Assembly: GCA_051362555.1 (NCBI GenBank)
Contig: JBPQGU010000016.1
Span: 1,798,001-1,862,000, forward strand
Length of the DNA stretch: 64,000 bases
Reading direction: 5' to 3'
DNA from: Lingula anatina
Taxonomy: Eukaryota > Animalia > Brachiopoda
Shown: piece after piece, positions 24,201 to 35,594 of the stretch
Position numbering within the stretch: position 1 is the first letter of the stretch
Layout of the letters: the number at the start of each line of letters is the position of its first letter
Translations under genes and position numbers: made by a program
Notes under the pieces: model-generated
Told to the model about the DNA's origin: nothing
The model's input: only the letters and a program-made list of their open reading frames with translations
Database searches by the model: none

Positions 24201-25071
24201 AAAATGTGCTACATGTATCTTTTTGGTGGGATTATCAGAGAGAAAACTTTTGATTTTTTACAAAAGTCGCGTCACCTCTACTCCTTTTATCAGGCACACG
24301 TTTTGTCTTTTTATGCCCCTCCTTTCCTATATTGTGCCCTTGCTTCTCAAGACGGTTCATATGTTCATAAAGTACCTGGGGCAAGTCCACAGTCGACATT
24401 GGAAAGTGTAAAGACTACTCAAAACTAAAACCGCCGAGGTGTGAACAGCTGTGGACGTCATCGCGCTCTACAACGTCAAAGGTGAAACCGAACGTTATCT
24501 CAGTGCAAAACCAAAAGAAAATAAAAGCATCCGAATTCATCTTACAAGGAACGTACAGAGCATCACTACCAATGAATACGACCCAACTTGTTTTGATTCT
24601 GTAGCTTTTCCGGCATAACAGCACGTCATACCACCTGTTAACCGTGTTCAGTAGAAAAACGATATCTCCTCGGCGGAATTATTTGTCAAATGTGTTTTAC
24701 TCAAAATTCCATTGACTGCAATCGTACCAGTAATTGAACACTTGGATGTGTTTTTTTTTCTCCTCTTATGGTCTGTCTTAAAGTAAACCCCGCCTGTTGT
24801 GAACCGCCTCTGATCCCACTGTACTCTTGAATGTCATGGGTAAAGCCTAAATCAATCTTAGTATAAAACCAAGTCCGAGCTCCGAGTCTGGTTGTCAAAC
24901 ACGACTTCGTCTACACCATGAACTTTACCGTTCATGTCGGGGACTGGAGTTGCGTGGGCTGAAATGCGGCACCCGGATTATGGATTGGGACAGCAGGTCT
25001 ACACATGTACTTCCAATCTGGCGCTCTCCGTGACGAGGTTGAAAGTTTCCATCTGATCACTCGGTATCAAC

Positions 25072-25167
25072 GGAGCTGTCGTGGCTGCGTGGTAACTCTG
25101 CTGTCGTTCAAACAAACACACACCTAGACGCTGGTTCGAGTCACAGCAGCTGCTGTGTCACTTTTTT
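25072..25167 (+). ncRNA. Candidate Pol III small RNA, vault-RNA-like, copy 3
   Basis: Boxes and terminal stem unchanged; substitutions fall in the central loop; T6 terminator. Confidence 0.4.
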
Positions 25168-25727
25168 GGCCAGAGTTAATTTTTAGAAATTGCGATTGAT
25201 TACTATAAGAGGAAACTCGCACGTACGGAGGGCGGGCGGGTCAGTCACGGAGCAGTCGGTAGCGTGCATGGATGCAAATGAGACATCCAAAGCGTCTTCA
25301 ACCTTGGTAACGCAAAGTCACGGGTTCGAGTCCCGGATGAGGCACGTCAGTCCATCACTACAACGACCTGGCCCCTGAATCGGGATGTCACAAGACGAGA
25401 ACGAATGAGGGCGCTCGTGGGACTTAGCAAATTACCTTTTGCATAATAATACGGTATACTTTAGAAAGTTTGCATCTGCGTCGGCAATTGTATTTTGTTT
25501 CTCTTCAGTTTAAAGCCCTTATATTGGTGCCACAGATCTGGAACTTAAATTGAGCTATAACCAACTCCGCATGCCTTGCATTTCATCAAAATGTGCTACA
25601 TGTATCTTTTTGGTGGGATTATCAGAGAGAAAACTTTTGATTTTTTACAAAAGTCGCGTCACCTCTACTCCTTTTATCAGGCACACGTTTTGTCTTTTTA
25701 TGCCCCTTTTGACATTCTAAATCAAAT

Positions 25728-26619
25728 TAGAGCAGTAGCCCTCTCAAACAATTTACTGTTTGGTAAAAAAAATCCAAAATGGCCGCCAATTTATGGAATT
25801 CTATAGAAATATGTACATACAGGTACCTTTGTTGATTTTTATCAAATAAATTATTTTCTCAGAGTTTTCCGCACCTTTATTACCCATTTTTTTTTCATAT
25901 ATGTCAGATAGCAAACAAGTTCCCTCGGACTTTTTGAAAAAATCCAAGATGGCTGTCATATGCCATAGAAACAGCCATACGAATACTAGTGCACAACTAA
26001 TATCAGCTAGAAAGATACGTTGTCCACTATCAAATTGTTTGTTTCCTAGATTTTTGTCACCCACATTACATGTTTGTGGTGAGTAACTACGAGGTGTTCT
26101 TGGGCATTTTGGAAAATCCAAGATGGCTGCCATGTGCCACAGGAATTCTAGTACAGTAAACGGGGGGATTCAACTAATGGGAACTGCAAAGATTAATTTT
26201 CCACTATCAAATTAAGTTTGTTTCTGAGTGTTTTCCACATCCTTTCCACCTACACAGTATGTATGTGGTGAGTAACTAACATGTATTCTTGGACATTTTG
26301 AGAAAATCCAAGATGGCCGCCATGTGTCATAGAAATACTTCTAGTATTACAAAGGGTTGGAACTAATGCCAGCTAGGAAAAACATAATTCACTATCAAAT
26401 TCAGATTATTTTTTCAGTGTTTTACATATTATTATTACACTGTGATAAATATCTAGCAGGTAATAAATGTGCATATTTGATAATTTTGAGAAAATCCAAG
26501 ATGGCCGTCATTGGCCATAGGAATACTACTGGAATTACAACTGCACATCCATGGCTTTTCGTCTACTACCAGGGTGAAATTGTGTTTGTTTATCAAGTTT
26601 TGCCCACCCTTATTAGTCC

Positions 26620-26621
<2 letters not shown>
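25728..26621. mobile_element. Probable non-autonomous DNA transposon (TAG...CTA ends, Academ-like) with ~180-bp internal repeats
   Basis: Five AAATCCAA(G/A)ATGGC(C/T)G(C/T)CA motifs spaced ~170-190 bp; begins just after the end of the 1.4-kb array; TSD not established. Confidence 0.4.

Positions 26622-26622
<1 letters not shown>

Positions 26623-26683
<61 letters not shown>
26623..26683. repeat. (TA)n microsatellite
   Basis: About 30 perfect TA units. Confidence 0.95.
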
Positions 26684-26685
<2 letters not shown>

Positions 26686-28356
26686 GGTGGGTAAATAGTG
26701 TGCATCCTTTCCGCTACTAGTATTTCCTCCCATGCCCTCCCCCTCCCCATCCCCACAAAAAAAAAAAAAAAAAAAAAAATCAAGATTCTTATACTTAAGT
26801 CTATATACATGTAGCTCACATGCACGCACACACACACATAATCCATTTCACGACAGAATATGTTTTGCAGGGATTAAGGGCATGTTATCCTTTTTTCCCC
26901 TTTTTAAACCCATGCTGTACTTTATGCTTGCAGTTCAATATGCATAAGAACTCATTTTGGACATTTTACGAATCGGGGAATGTGCTTCATGACAATAAAT
27001 CCAGAATATAGGCTTGTCTTTATTTTCAGTCCATCATTTCTAAACTGTTACAATGAATGAAATAATATCTCTCACTGTGTTAGAATAGACCTCAATTGTG
27101 CTATATGCACTAGATAAGAAAATCGTTCATTCTTGATTTACAAATTGTAAATTGTGCTTCTAGAGATATTCAGACAAACCTAAAATCATGTAAAAAAAAT
27201 GAAAGTAAATGTAGTTGAAAGCAAAACTTCTTAACATTAGAGAGTTGTCTTCCACAATCTTTAATATCACATCACTCAAAGTGCTAACTCTTGCACTTTT
27301 TTCAAGAAAAGAAAAATAATCACTTCAATGAAATCATATTCACAATTTACAAGAGCACAACCACTCAAAAAAGTACACATATTTAAAAATAGTTCTACAA
27401 AGCCTAGATTCCAAAGCCAAAATTTTATTTCATTACAGTCTTTACCCATTGCACCATATCAGAAACCAGCAGACTTCACAATACCTGAACATAATAAAAA
27501 AATAACAGCACTACAAAGTGATTCAAAATAATAAAACTACTTGCATTAGAATTCTGCATCTTAATTAAATCTAGATTAAACCGACCTTAATTGAAAAGGA
27601 TAAAAAGTTGCATAAGAGAACAAAAAGTCCAAGTACATTATTTAAAACAACAAAACAGAATGTGCATTCCTATCTTTCAATGTTACATGGCTAAATTAAC
27701 TACTTCAAAGAAAACTGAATTATTTGTGTTAATATGAAATCAAACACTACAGCACCCTCCTTCTCCATCTTACTGAAAAATTGAAAAATTCCAGATATTT
27801 TCATAGCAGGTGTCTAATCTCTCTCAATCTATATTGGACAATAAACATTTCACAGTCATAAAAGGCAAGTCAAGACTAAAATCTTGGGAATCATAATTAG
27901 CTATAGACTATCCCTATTTTAGGCTCTTGTAAATTTTGAAAATGGAGCATACTGCACCGGAAGATCTTACCATAAAATGTATCAATGTACTTTAAAAAAA
28001 AATTCAAATAAAAGATTTATAAGGAAAACCGAAAACAATTCATATTAATAATATTATTTCTTTTTCAGCATTTTCTTTACAACTCCGTTTGCTGGAAGAA
28101 AGAAAGAGAGAAAGACCTCTTCTCAAATGTATTCTACTGAAGGCGTCAGACATGAGTCACAGGAAACCTGTATAAAAAGGTAAAATAATCTCTTTCTTAA
28201 CAAAGGAAAAAAAGTCTTGGCAATAATATCTATATGAACTCTTGGATAGTCAACAGATTGTATTAAAGCTGCATTGCCCAACTTCTCTGTTGTCCAATCA
28301 GCGAATCAGTTACAAGCAAATAAGCTGTATCATCCAATGTAATGTGTGCTTGCATA

Positions 28357-30334
28357 TCATTCTAATGGTCTATTGGAGGATTGTGTGAAACTCTTCACTC
28401 TGGAGTAATAAAAATTGGGGTACTGGTTTTCATTGTTCACATCAAATTCATGGTGAACAGATCTGAAAATAAGGAAAAATAAATTCCTAAGAGGACAATT
28501 CCTTTTAAGTAAAATTGAGTTTTCAATCATGACAGGCTTTGAAAAAATAATAGTAATGAATAAAAAAAGCTAAAATGTTATTCTTAAATATAATAGTAGT
28601 TTTACTTGTTTGTCATTGTTACTATGTACCCTTGAATATACATGTATTTGCCAGATTTGGTTCCAACTTAAAATATCAATATCTTTCTCCTTTTACCTGC
28701 ATCTGTCTTCTCATTAACAAATAAATTAAAAAATAAACAAAAAATATCAAATTATACATACAAAGCACTCTTAGTAATCTGTTAATCACAAGCACATAGT
28801 GTGTGCTGTACCAGAGAGATTATGTGGTTTTCAATGTGAATACTTTTGTCTCCTACCTGTCTTCAGAATGAACAGAATAGTGCTCCCACACCAGTTGTGT
28901 GTTACGATGCCTTCCACCACGATCCCTCAGAATGAAATCCTGAAACAAAACAAAAAAAAAAAAAAAAAAAAAATTAGAGATGCTGTATTCTCTTTTAGTT
29001 CCTATTTAATTCATACACTGAAGAGGATGTGATGATTAAATAATACCCATTTTCCAGCACTTTGTAAGATGCCAGAGAAGGCAAAAAATATCAATTCACA
29101 ACTTTCCCATTTGTACATTGCCAGTTAAATAAATTAATATGTTTTCTGGGACATAATTTAGATCTGTACAGCAGTGGGCCTGGTCTGGCCTCTTCTGAGC
29201 CTCTGGCTGACATTTACTTTCTAAAAAAACCAGTAATTTGAATGAGCCAGTTATTTCATAGCTATACTCATTACTTTGTAAAATAGTAATGGTAAGGGAG
29301 AAAGAAAAAGATAAATTGAAATAGAGAGAGAGAGAGAGAGAACGTACCACATGAAATACACGTTCCTCATGCTCTTGCTGTGCTTCTTGTTTTCTGCGTC
29401 TATTCTTGCTGACAATTGTATCGGCATTGTTGCTTCTCCTCAGTACCCCAGTAACCTAAACAAGATACCACAACCCACAACCATGAGCCAGGAATTTCAA
29501 TCTAGACAGCAACTAGTACAGATAGTACAGACCATTTCATCAGTAATAAGTATAATTTTAATAGTATCTTTAAGGACAACAAAATTGCTTGGTTCTATCT
29601 AAGGGTATAAGATTAAGGTGCCATTCAGAATAGGGGACTAACTAGTCCGAGGGTCAAATATGGCGACCCACTATAAGGCTGCGTTCACATGAAAAATCTA
29701 TTTTCTAAAAATCTATTTGCAGTATCTTGTGATCATGGTCTGTGCCCTGAATACCCCGCGGCGTAATTACTGGCAGCGCAGAGAATTAATTACAGCTTTG
29801 GAAGTAACTGGCTCGCGCTGCCCGTAATTACGCCGCGGGTATTCAGGGCACAGACCGTGATCACAAGATACCGCAAATAAATTTTTAGATTTTTAGAAAC
29901 GCAGCCTAAAGCTTGCCATATAATCCACTAGTAGACACTGAATAGATATCCTGTGGGGAAGTATTCAAGTGGGTCGGCCACATTTGACCCTCGAACTAGT
30001 TAGTCCCGTATTCTGAATGGGGCCTAAAACTGATTGAGAAAACATATTTAAAATCTCACCTTGTTCCCAACTAGTCTGTAGTAGCCGTACATGATGCCAG
30101 AGGTCCTGTAGTGCTTGGAGACCAGTTTGGGGAGCACTGTGTGGGGGTCATCAGCTGTGGTTAGGAGCAGCATGTTGCCTGAAAGGTCATTAGGTCAGGG
30201 GTCATGAAGACCAAGGTGAAGGTCACTTGTTAAATGCATTCATATGCATTTCAATGGTGGAGTATATATTCAGATAGTTTTTACTTGTAGCATGTTTAAG
30301 AAGTGTTTGTATGTATTTATATTATTGTATGCAT

Positions 30335-30394
<60 letters not shown>

Positions 30395-31494
30395 ACAACT
30401 AACACATCAGAAACGGGTCGTGTTCTGACCAAACAAATAAGCCTAACAGTAACACATATCATCATATTTCCATACTATTCAGTCATAACAGTGTGATCTT
30501 TTGATGATGTTTTTTTTTTAATCTATACAGGTCTGAATGAAGAGAGAGAGAGAGAGAGAGATCACCCTGAATCTCACCATCAGCAAAGAATCTTGCATAT
30601 CTGTAGTACTCCACAGAGTGCCAGGGTCTGTAGAAGCTGTCTAAACTGGGTTCCCCAGGGCGATAGTATACAGTCTTACTGATATAACATCCTAAGATAA
30701 AGTATTAGGGTTTACAATATGTATTTCAAATAAATGTGAACAATTTCAAAGTGTCATAATTTTGTACATTAAATCACAATGGCAAAACATAATGCAGGGC
30801 AAGTGCTCTCATTCTGTAATACACCAACATGACTACAGAATTCAGGACCAAAATTGTTTGAACTTTTAACTTGTCTGAACATGACACAATATTACCGTGA
30901 ACATGGACGTGAGGCTTGTTGAGGTACAGCAGTCTCCAGGAACCTTCACTTTCAGTGTGCTCACAGTTCAAACCCCAGGTTCTGTCAAATAAACCAATAA
31001 ATAAAACTGCTAGGTACTGGCAGTGTCACTCTTCATTCAATTATTCAATTATCTCGTAAAATGTCCAGTCTTTTATCATCTATTTTTCTTTCTGTAAGTA
31101 ATACACTAGTCAAGCTTAAAATAACATGAAATGTGGTGGAGATCCCTCACATTCATACCCTTATAAAAAGTAAAAAAGAGTGGTCTCTTATATATTACCT
31201 GAGACTGGCTAGCCTCCAGAGTTCATCATCTCTGGCACACAGGTAAAACCCTCGACACACCTGTAATGTACACAATAATCCCACGTTATACTCCCATCAG
31301 TATAGCATACACAACAATTTCAGTTTATATTACCATCAATATAGTATACACATACACAGTATAGTAATTTGTAATTACGTAGTCATAGCCTTTAAAATAT
31401 GTTTTTCAGCGTCTTTTGTATGAGAGCTGCTGGTAAAAGGCAAGTTGTACACCCCTTAATGATGAGTTGAGCCATCATGCCCCTTAGGTGAAAA

Positions 31495-31537
<43 letters not shown>

Positions 31538-34500
31538 CTGTAAGAATAAATGAATATCAGAACTTCAGAAAAAGTGTCCTTACCATAGAGAGTTGTTCCA
31601 AGGATCTCATATCTAACTGATCTGATACGACCCATTTAAATATGTACATTAATACTTCCACTGGTAAAACAGAGATGTGGGTTCTCTGGAAAAAAATTGA
31701 ACTTATTTGCGGGTTTGATAATGCAGCCATGAGTGTTTTTAGAATTTTGAGAGTCAAAATTTACAAATGGCTTCATTGTCAAACTTGCATATGAGTGGTG
31801 AATTTCTTTACACAACATAAATAGCTTTAGGAATCTAAGATCAAATATTCAACAAAATACACATACAAAATTACCAATCAAAGAATTGGATCGCATTTCA
31901 TCTTGATCTAAATTGTATTGCCAAATATTATTAAATGCTGAATAATGACTTATTGCCACATTTAAAATGAAAAGCTTACAAAATCCAAGTCAAATGACCT
32001 GTGGTATTAATGAAAATTGTCACAAACATACTTGCTGCTCATACTCTGCCTCGCACACGTTCTTCACATCACGACGCACACGCAGTTTCTGAAAATGCTG
32101 CACAAGATCGTCCAAGTCTGCCTCATCTTCATCTTCAGTCTGGCCACTTACAGAATGAAAAATAAATAAATAAATAAAACTGACATTACATTTAATATTC
32201 CAGAAACTTGCAGAGGTTAGGTAATTAATTAAGTTAAACAGAGGCTGGGGTCTATTAGTCTGGGTGAAATATATCACCCTTCAGATACATGTAAATACTC
32301 AACCTACCTTGCACTTCCAATGGAACTACTGCTTTGTAATCTCTCTGAGGGGAAAAAAGCAAAATATTATTAAGTTATAATCTCTATCTTATAAGAATTA
32401 ATGTTGTAAATTAATATGATTTTATTGTTGCAAGCATGCATACATTGTTGGCGTTTCCGGATGCTTTTCACTTTCACCACTGGCAAAGTGTTGTGGGCTC
32501 ATTCCCAATGTAATGTTTTAGGTGCATCGATGCACCTCTGTAGAGACTCTCATTGAATACAGTCAAATAAATAGATTAACATGCCTCCTCTTGTTTGTAA
32601 TGTATTCATACATTTTATCACCAGTTCTACTGTATTGTACTCAACACCAGGAGGAGGGGTGTCTGTTGATCTGGACCCCGTTACAAGAAAGCACCGTGCA
32701 TTGCGACCGAGTGCAAGTGACTAGATTCCATAACTCGCCCATACTCACCCCATATGGGGGTTATAGAATCAAGACTCTTGTACTCAGTCGCAATATGCGA
32801 TGCTTTCTAGTACTGGGGCCCTGATTGTATTTAGCAATCATATTCATTACATTCCCTTGAAGTCAGAATATATCACAGAGTTTAGGAACAACTTTATAAG
32901 CAATATCTGGGCATACCGTCATTTATTCGGACAGCTTATGCTTTTTCATAAAATAAAAGAAGGACACCACACTGATCTAAAAGTCTGCACCAATTTTCAA
33001 TTTTTGGGGTAAAATAAAATACTTATGTGAAACATTCCCCTGCTGGGCGAGTACTTACCTCTTTTCCGGACTTTGTTTTTTCTCAGTTCCTCTATCCTGA
33101 ATTCTATATCTGGTACCAACTGGATGGCCTGGCGATAATACCTGACAGCTAAATAGAAATTATAAACAGTTCATCACACTATAGGATCAGAGGGGTGACA
33201 TGAATATGCATATTTCCAAGTAAAGAAAGTCTTCACTCCTCCTGTTCTATGTAACAAGTTTTGCATCTAATTATATTCTTCTGGTCCAAGCACTGGTTGA
33301 GAAGACCCCCCCCCCCAAAAAAAAAAAAAAAAAAAAAAAAAAAAACACCTCTTATAGAATCTACCTACGGTCCAAACAGCATTGTTAGAGGACATTCAGA
33401 AACAGAAGAGCCAAGTGCTAGCTGGCCCACAACCAGTCAAATTGAGCCGAGATTTAATTAGTGCCCCTGCAGGGATGACGCGTGGGGGCGTGCAAGAGGT
33501 AGAGAGACCATTACACGATTAAGCAGTCTTCCTTTCATGTAGGTCTGCCATATTCAGGCTGTGGACCAGCTAGCACTCGGCTCTTCTCATTCCGAATGGC
33601 CTCTTACTATGGATGTCTGGGACAATTACCTTCAAACAACATTCCTGACTTTTCAGCATTCACTCCCACCAAAAACAGACGTCTAGCCTAAACGAAAAAT
33701 AATATTATTCTGATAACACAAAGTGTATGTATAAATTCAACATAGTAAAGTTTAGACAATTGCTTAACATATTCTTACTGACCAGCTTAAGAAATTGAAA
33801 ATATTTCATTATTTTTTCCGACATTTACCTTGACTAATTTCAAATTTTCCAATATGTCTAAAATAACATAGCCACTATAACTAATTTAAAATGTTTGCCA
33901 GAAAGAAACTTTCCCGTACTGTAACTGACTCGATCACTGGACTTAAAACTTTATTTCATATCTTATATATTCTGATATTTGGAATATTAATATGGATAAA
34001 TATTTTGCTTTTAATATCAAAATCTCAGAGACCAGCTATACGTTAGCCTTACCTTCTCAAAATCATTTACATTCACATCCTCTGTTGACTTTTTTCCTGG
34101 ACCATTATCTTGACCTTGACCTGACCTGACACCCTTCTGACCTTGACCTTTTTTCAACTCTTGCTGCCACTGTGATCTGAATTTGTGCAGCTGATCTTGA
34201 ATATTAGACGATTCCTCCGACTCCTCCTGTTCCTCATCCTCTGAAGAAGAATCAGACCCAGCTGTTCGTATGGCATTTTCATCCTGCAAGAAAAGGGGGA
34301 ATACTGGTACACACTGGTGTTTTAAACATGGGATGTCTCATGGGAAGTGAGTTAAAGTTTATTTTGAAAGCAGCACCTGTGTCCTCTTGATCCCCTTATA
34401 GTTTTAGTACTAACTGATGTCTAAATGGAGTCCATATTCAAATTTAGTTAAAATAGCTAGGTAATTTATTAACACATTTATAATATACACGGAAAATCAC

Positions 34501-34861
34501 CACTAGAACTACAAGTTTTGAATTACTATTATTATCGTCAGAAACGTGTATAAATCAAATTGATACCGGTTGGTAATATAATTCTGGAACTTACATTAAC
34601 TTAAGCAGCAACTGTAATGTAATGTAATGCAGGTTCTGGAATTTGATTTATAAAAATCTCTGATTCTTATTCTATTGCATGGCTAAAAACATCCACCCTT
34701 TTACTACCACTATTACTTAGCAAGGCCTAGCAAATCTTATTACCAGTTTACTTGGCAAGAACAGGGTCAGGGGTACCATATTTCCCTCAATTGAGTCGGA
34801 AAGGTTAAAATGCTACTTGACAGTCCTGCACTTATTTGTAATATTATGCTTCACTTACCAT
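28357..34861 (-). CDS. FBXO9: F-box only protein 9, 14 exons, ~437 aa
   Basis: Exons 34861-34859 (ATG), 34283-34053, 33687-33630, 33148-33059, 32344-32308, 32146-32032, 31685-31584, 31260-31199, 30981-30896, 30691-30578, 30178-30060, 29455-29348, 28939-28857, 28462-28357; all GT-AG and in phase. Motifs [28 protein letters not shown]-box [58 protein letters not shown]. Confidence 0.95.
29617..30024. mobile_element. Tourist-like MITE (TAA TSD) with a nested palindromic MITE at 29677-29906 (TAA TSD)
   Basis: taa|ggtgccattcagaata...tattctgaatggggcc|taa; inner taa|ggctgcgtt...aacgcagcc|taa. Confidence 0.85.
33388..33603. mobile_element. Tourist-like MITE, TTA TSD; related to 55960-56503 and ~20030-20190
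   Basis: tta|gaggacattc...gaatggcctc|tta; shares gagatttaatta..cccctgcagggatgacgcgtggg with the 55960 element. Confidence 0.75.
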
Positions 34862-35360
34862 TGCATAAAATGTTCAGTTGTCCTATTCTTTCAGGCGGTT
34901 AGTTCACGGCAAGTGAAGCAAATAACGGAACTAAAAAACAATCTGGCCTTCCTGAAAGCCGCCATTTTGGAATAGAGGGAAGAATGGAGAACACGAAGGA
35001 AATGACGTGAAATGATATCGATTGCGAGGCTACGGCGAAGAGACAGACATAAAGTGTTGAACTTTACTGTAATTTGGCATTTATATGTTATTCTTTTCAT
35101 GTTTAACATACAAAGTGAAAATTTATAGCATAGAATATTGAGTTATGCAAACTGAATTCGAAAAAAATCATTGGAGTGAAACATTTTCAGGGATGCAAGA
35201 TCGGAATTTATAGTTCCACTGCGGTCTCCTCATACGCTGTCAAAGGAAGAAAAACCCACCGATGGCTGCAGTTAGTTGGACATTTACGAGTACAAATGGT
35301 AGGTTGATTGGTGTTTGTTAACTCTGAACTTGAGAAAGATTTAAGATGCAGAGATATGGG
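34862..35360. promoter_or_regulatory. Putative bidirectional promoter / 5' UTRs of FBXO9 and PI4KB
   Basis: YY1 consensus CAAAATGGCGGC (- strand, 34958-34969), CRE-like TGACGTGA (35003-35010), DRE-like TATCGATT (35016-35023), local CpG enrichment, + strand donor g|gtaagt at 35361. Confidence 0.6.
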
Positions 35361-35594
35361 GTAAGTGTATTATTTCAATTGACGATCGTTGGTTGAGTGA
35401 TAGCTGTATTTCTTGATGTTCAGCTGGACAACTTTGACAAAACTTGGGTCCAAGTTCTCAAGATCATTTCCACAGTCGAGATTACTGCCAAGTCAGAGGT
35501 TGTAACACAAAACAGAAACATGGGTTGCGATCTTATTTCGCTTTTCCTTTTTCGACAATACGCTAGAAAAGCCTAATGAACCTAATGGTTTAAG

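Larger units (their letters stand above)
20606..25707. repeat. Tandem array of three ~1.4-kb units (starts 20606, 22023, 24416)
   Basis: Near-identical units, also visible as triplicated short ORFs in the track; the third unit is cut at ~25707 and the second holds a LINE insertion. Confidence 0.95.

Noticed and set aside
20483-25806. Triplicated short ORFs (MLLCR..., MRLITIRG..., KLLIFYKS...)
   Set aside because: Mostly non-ATG starts, stops differ between units and no domain; they only reflect the DNA repeat.
28697-28702. 6-nt microexon in FBXO9 (ag ATGCAG gt)
   Set aside because: No polypyrimidine tract and not needed for the frame.
32446-32970. Possible solo LTR in an FBXO9 intron (TG start, late AATAAA)
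   Set aside because: No matching TSD or second copy found.
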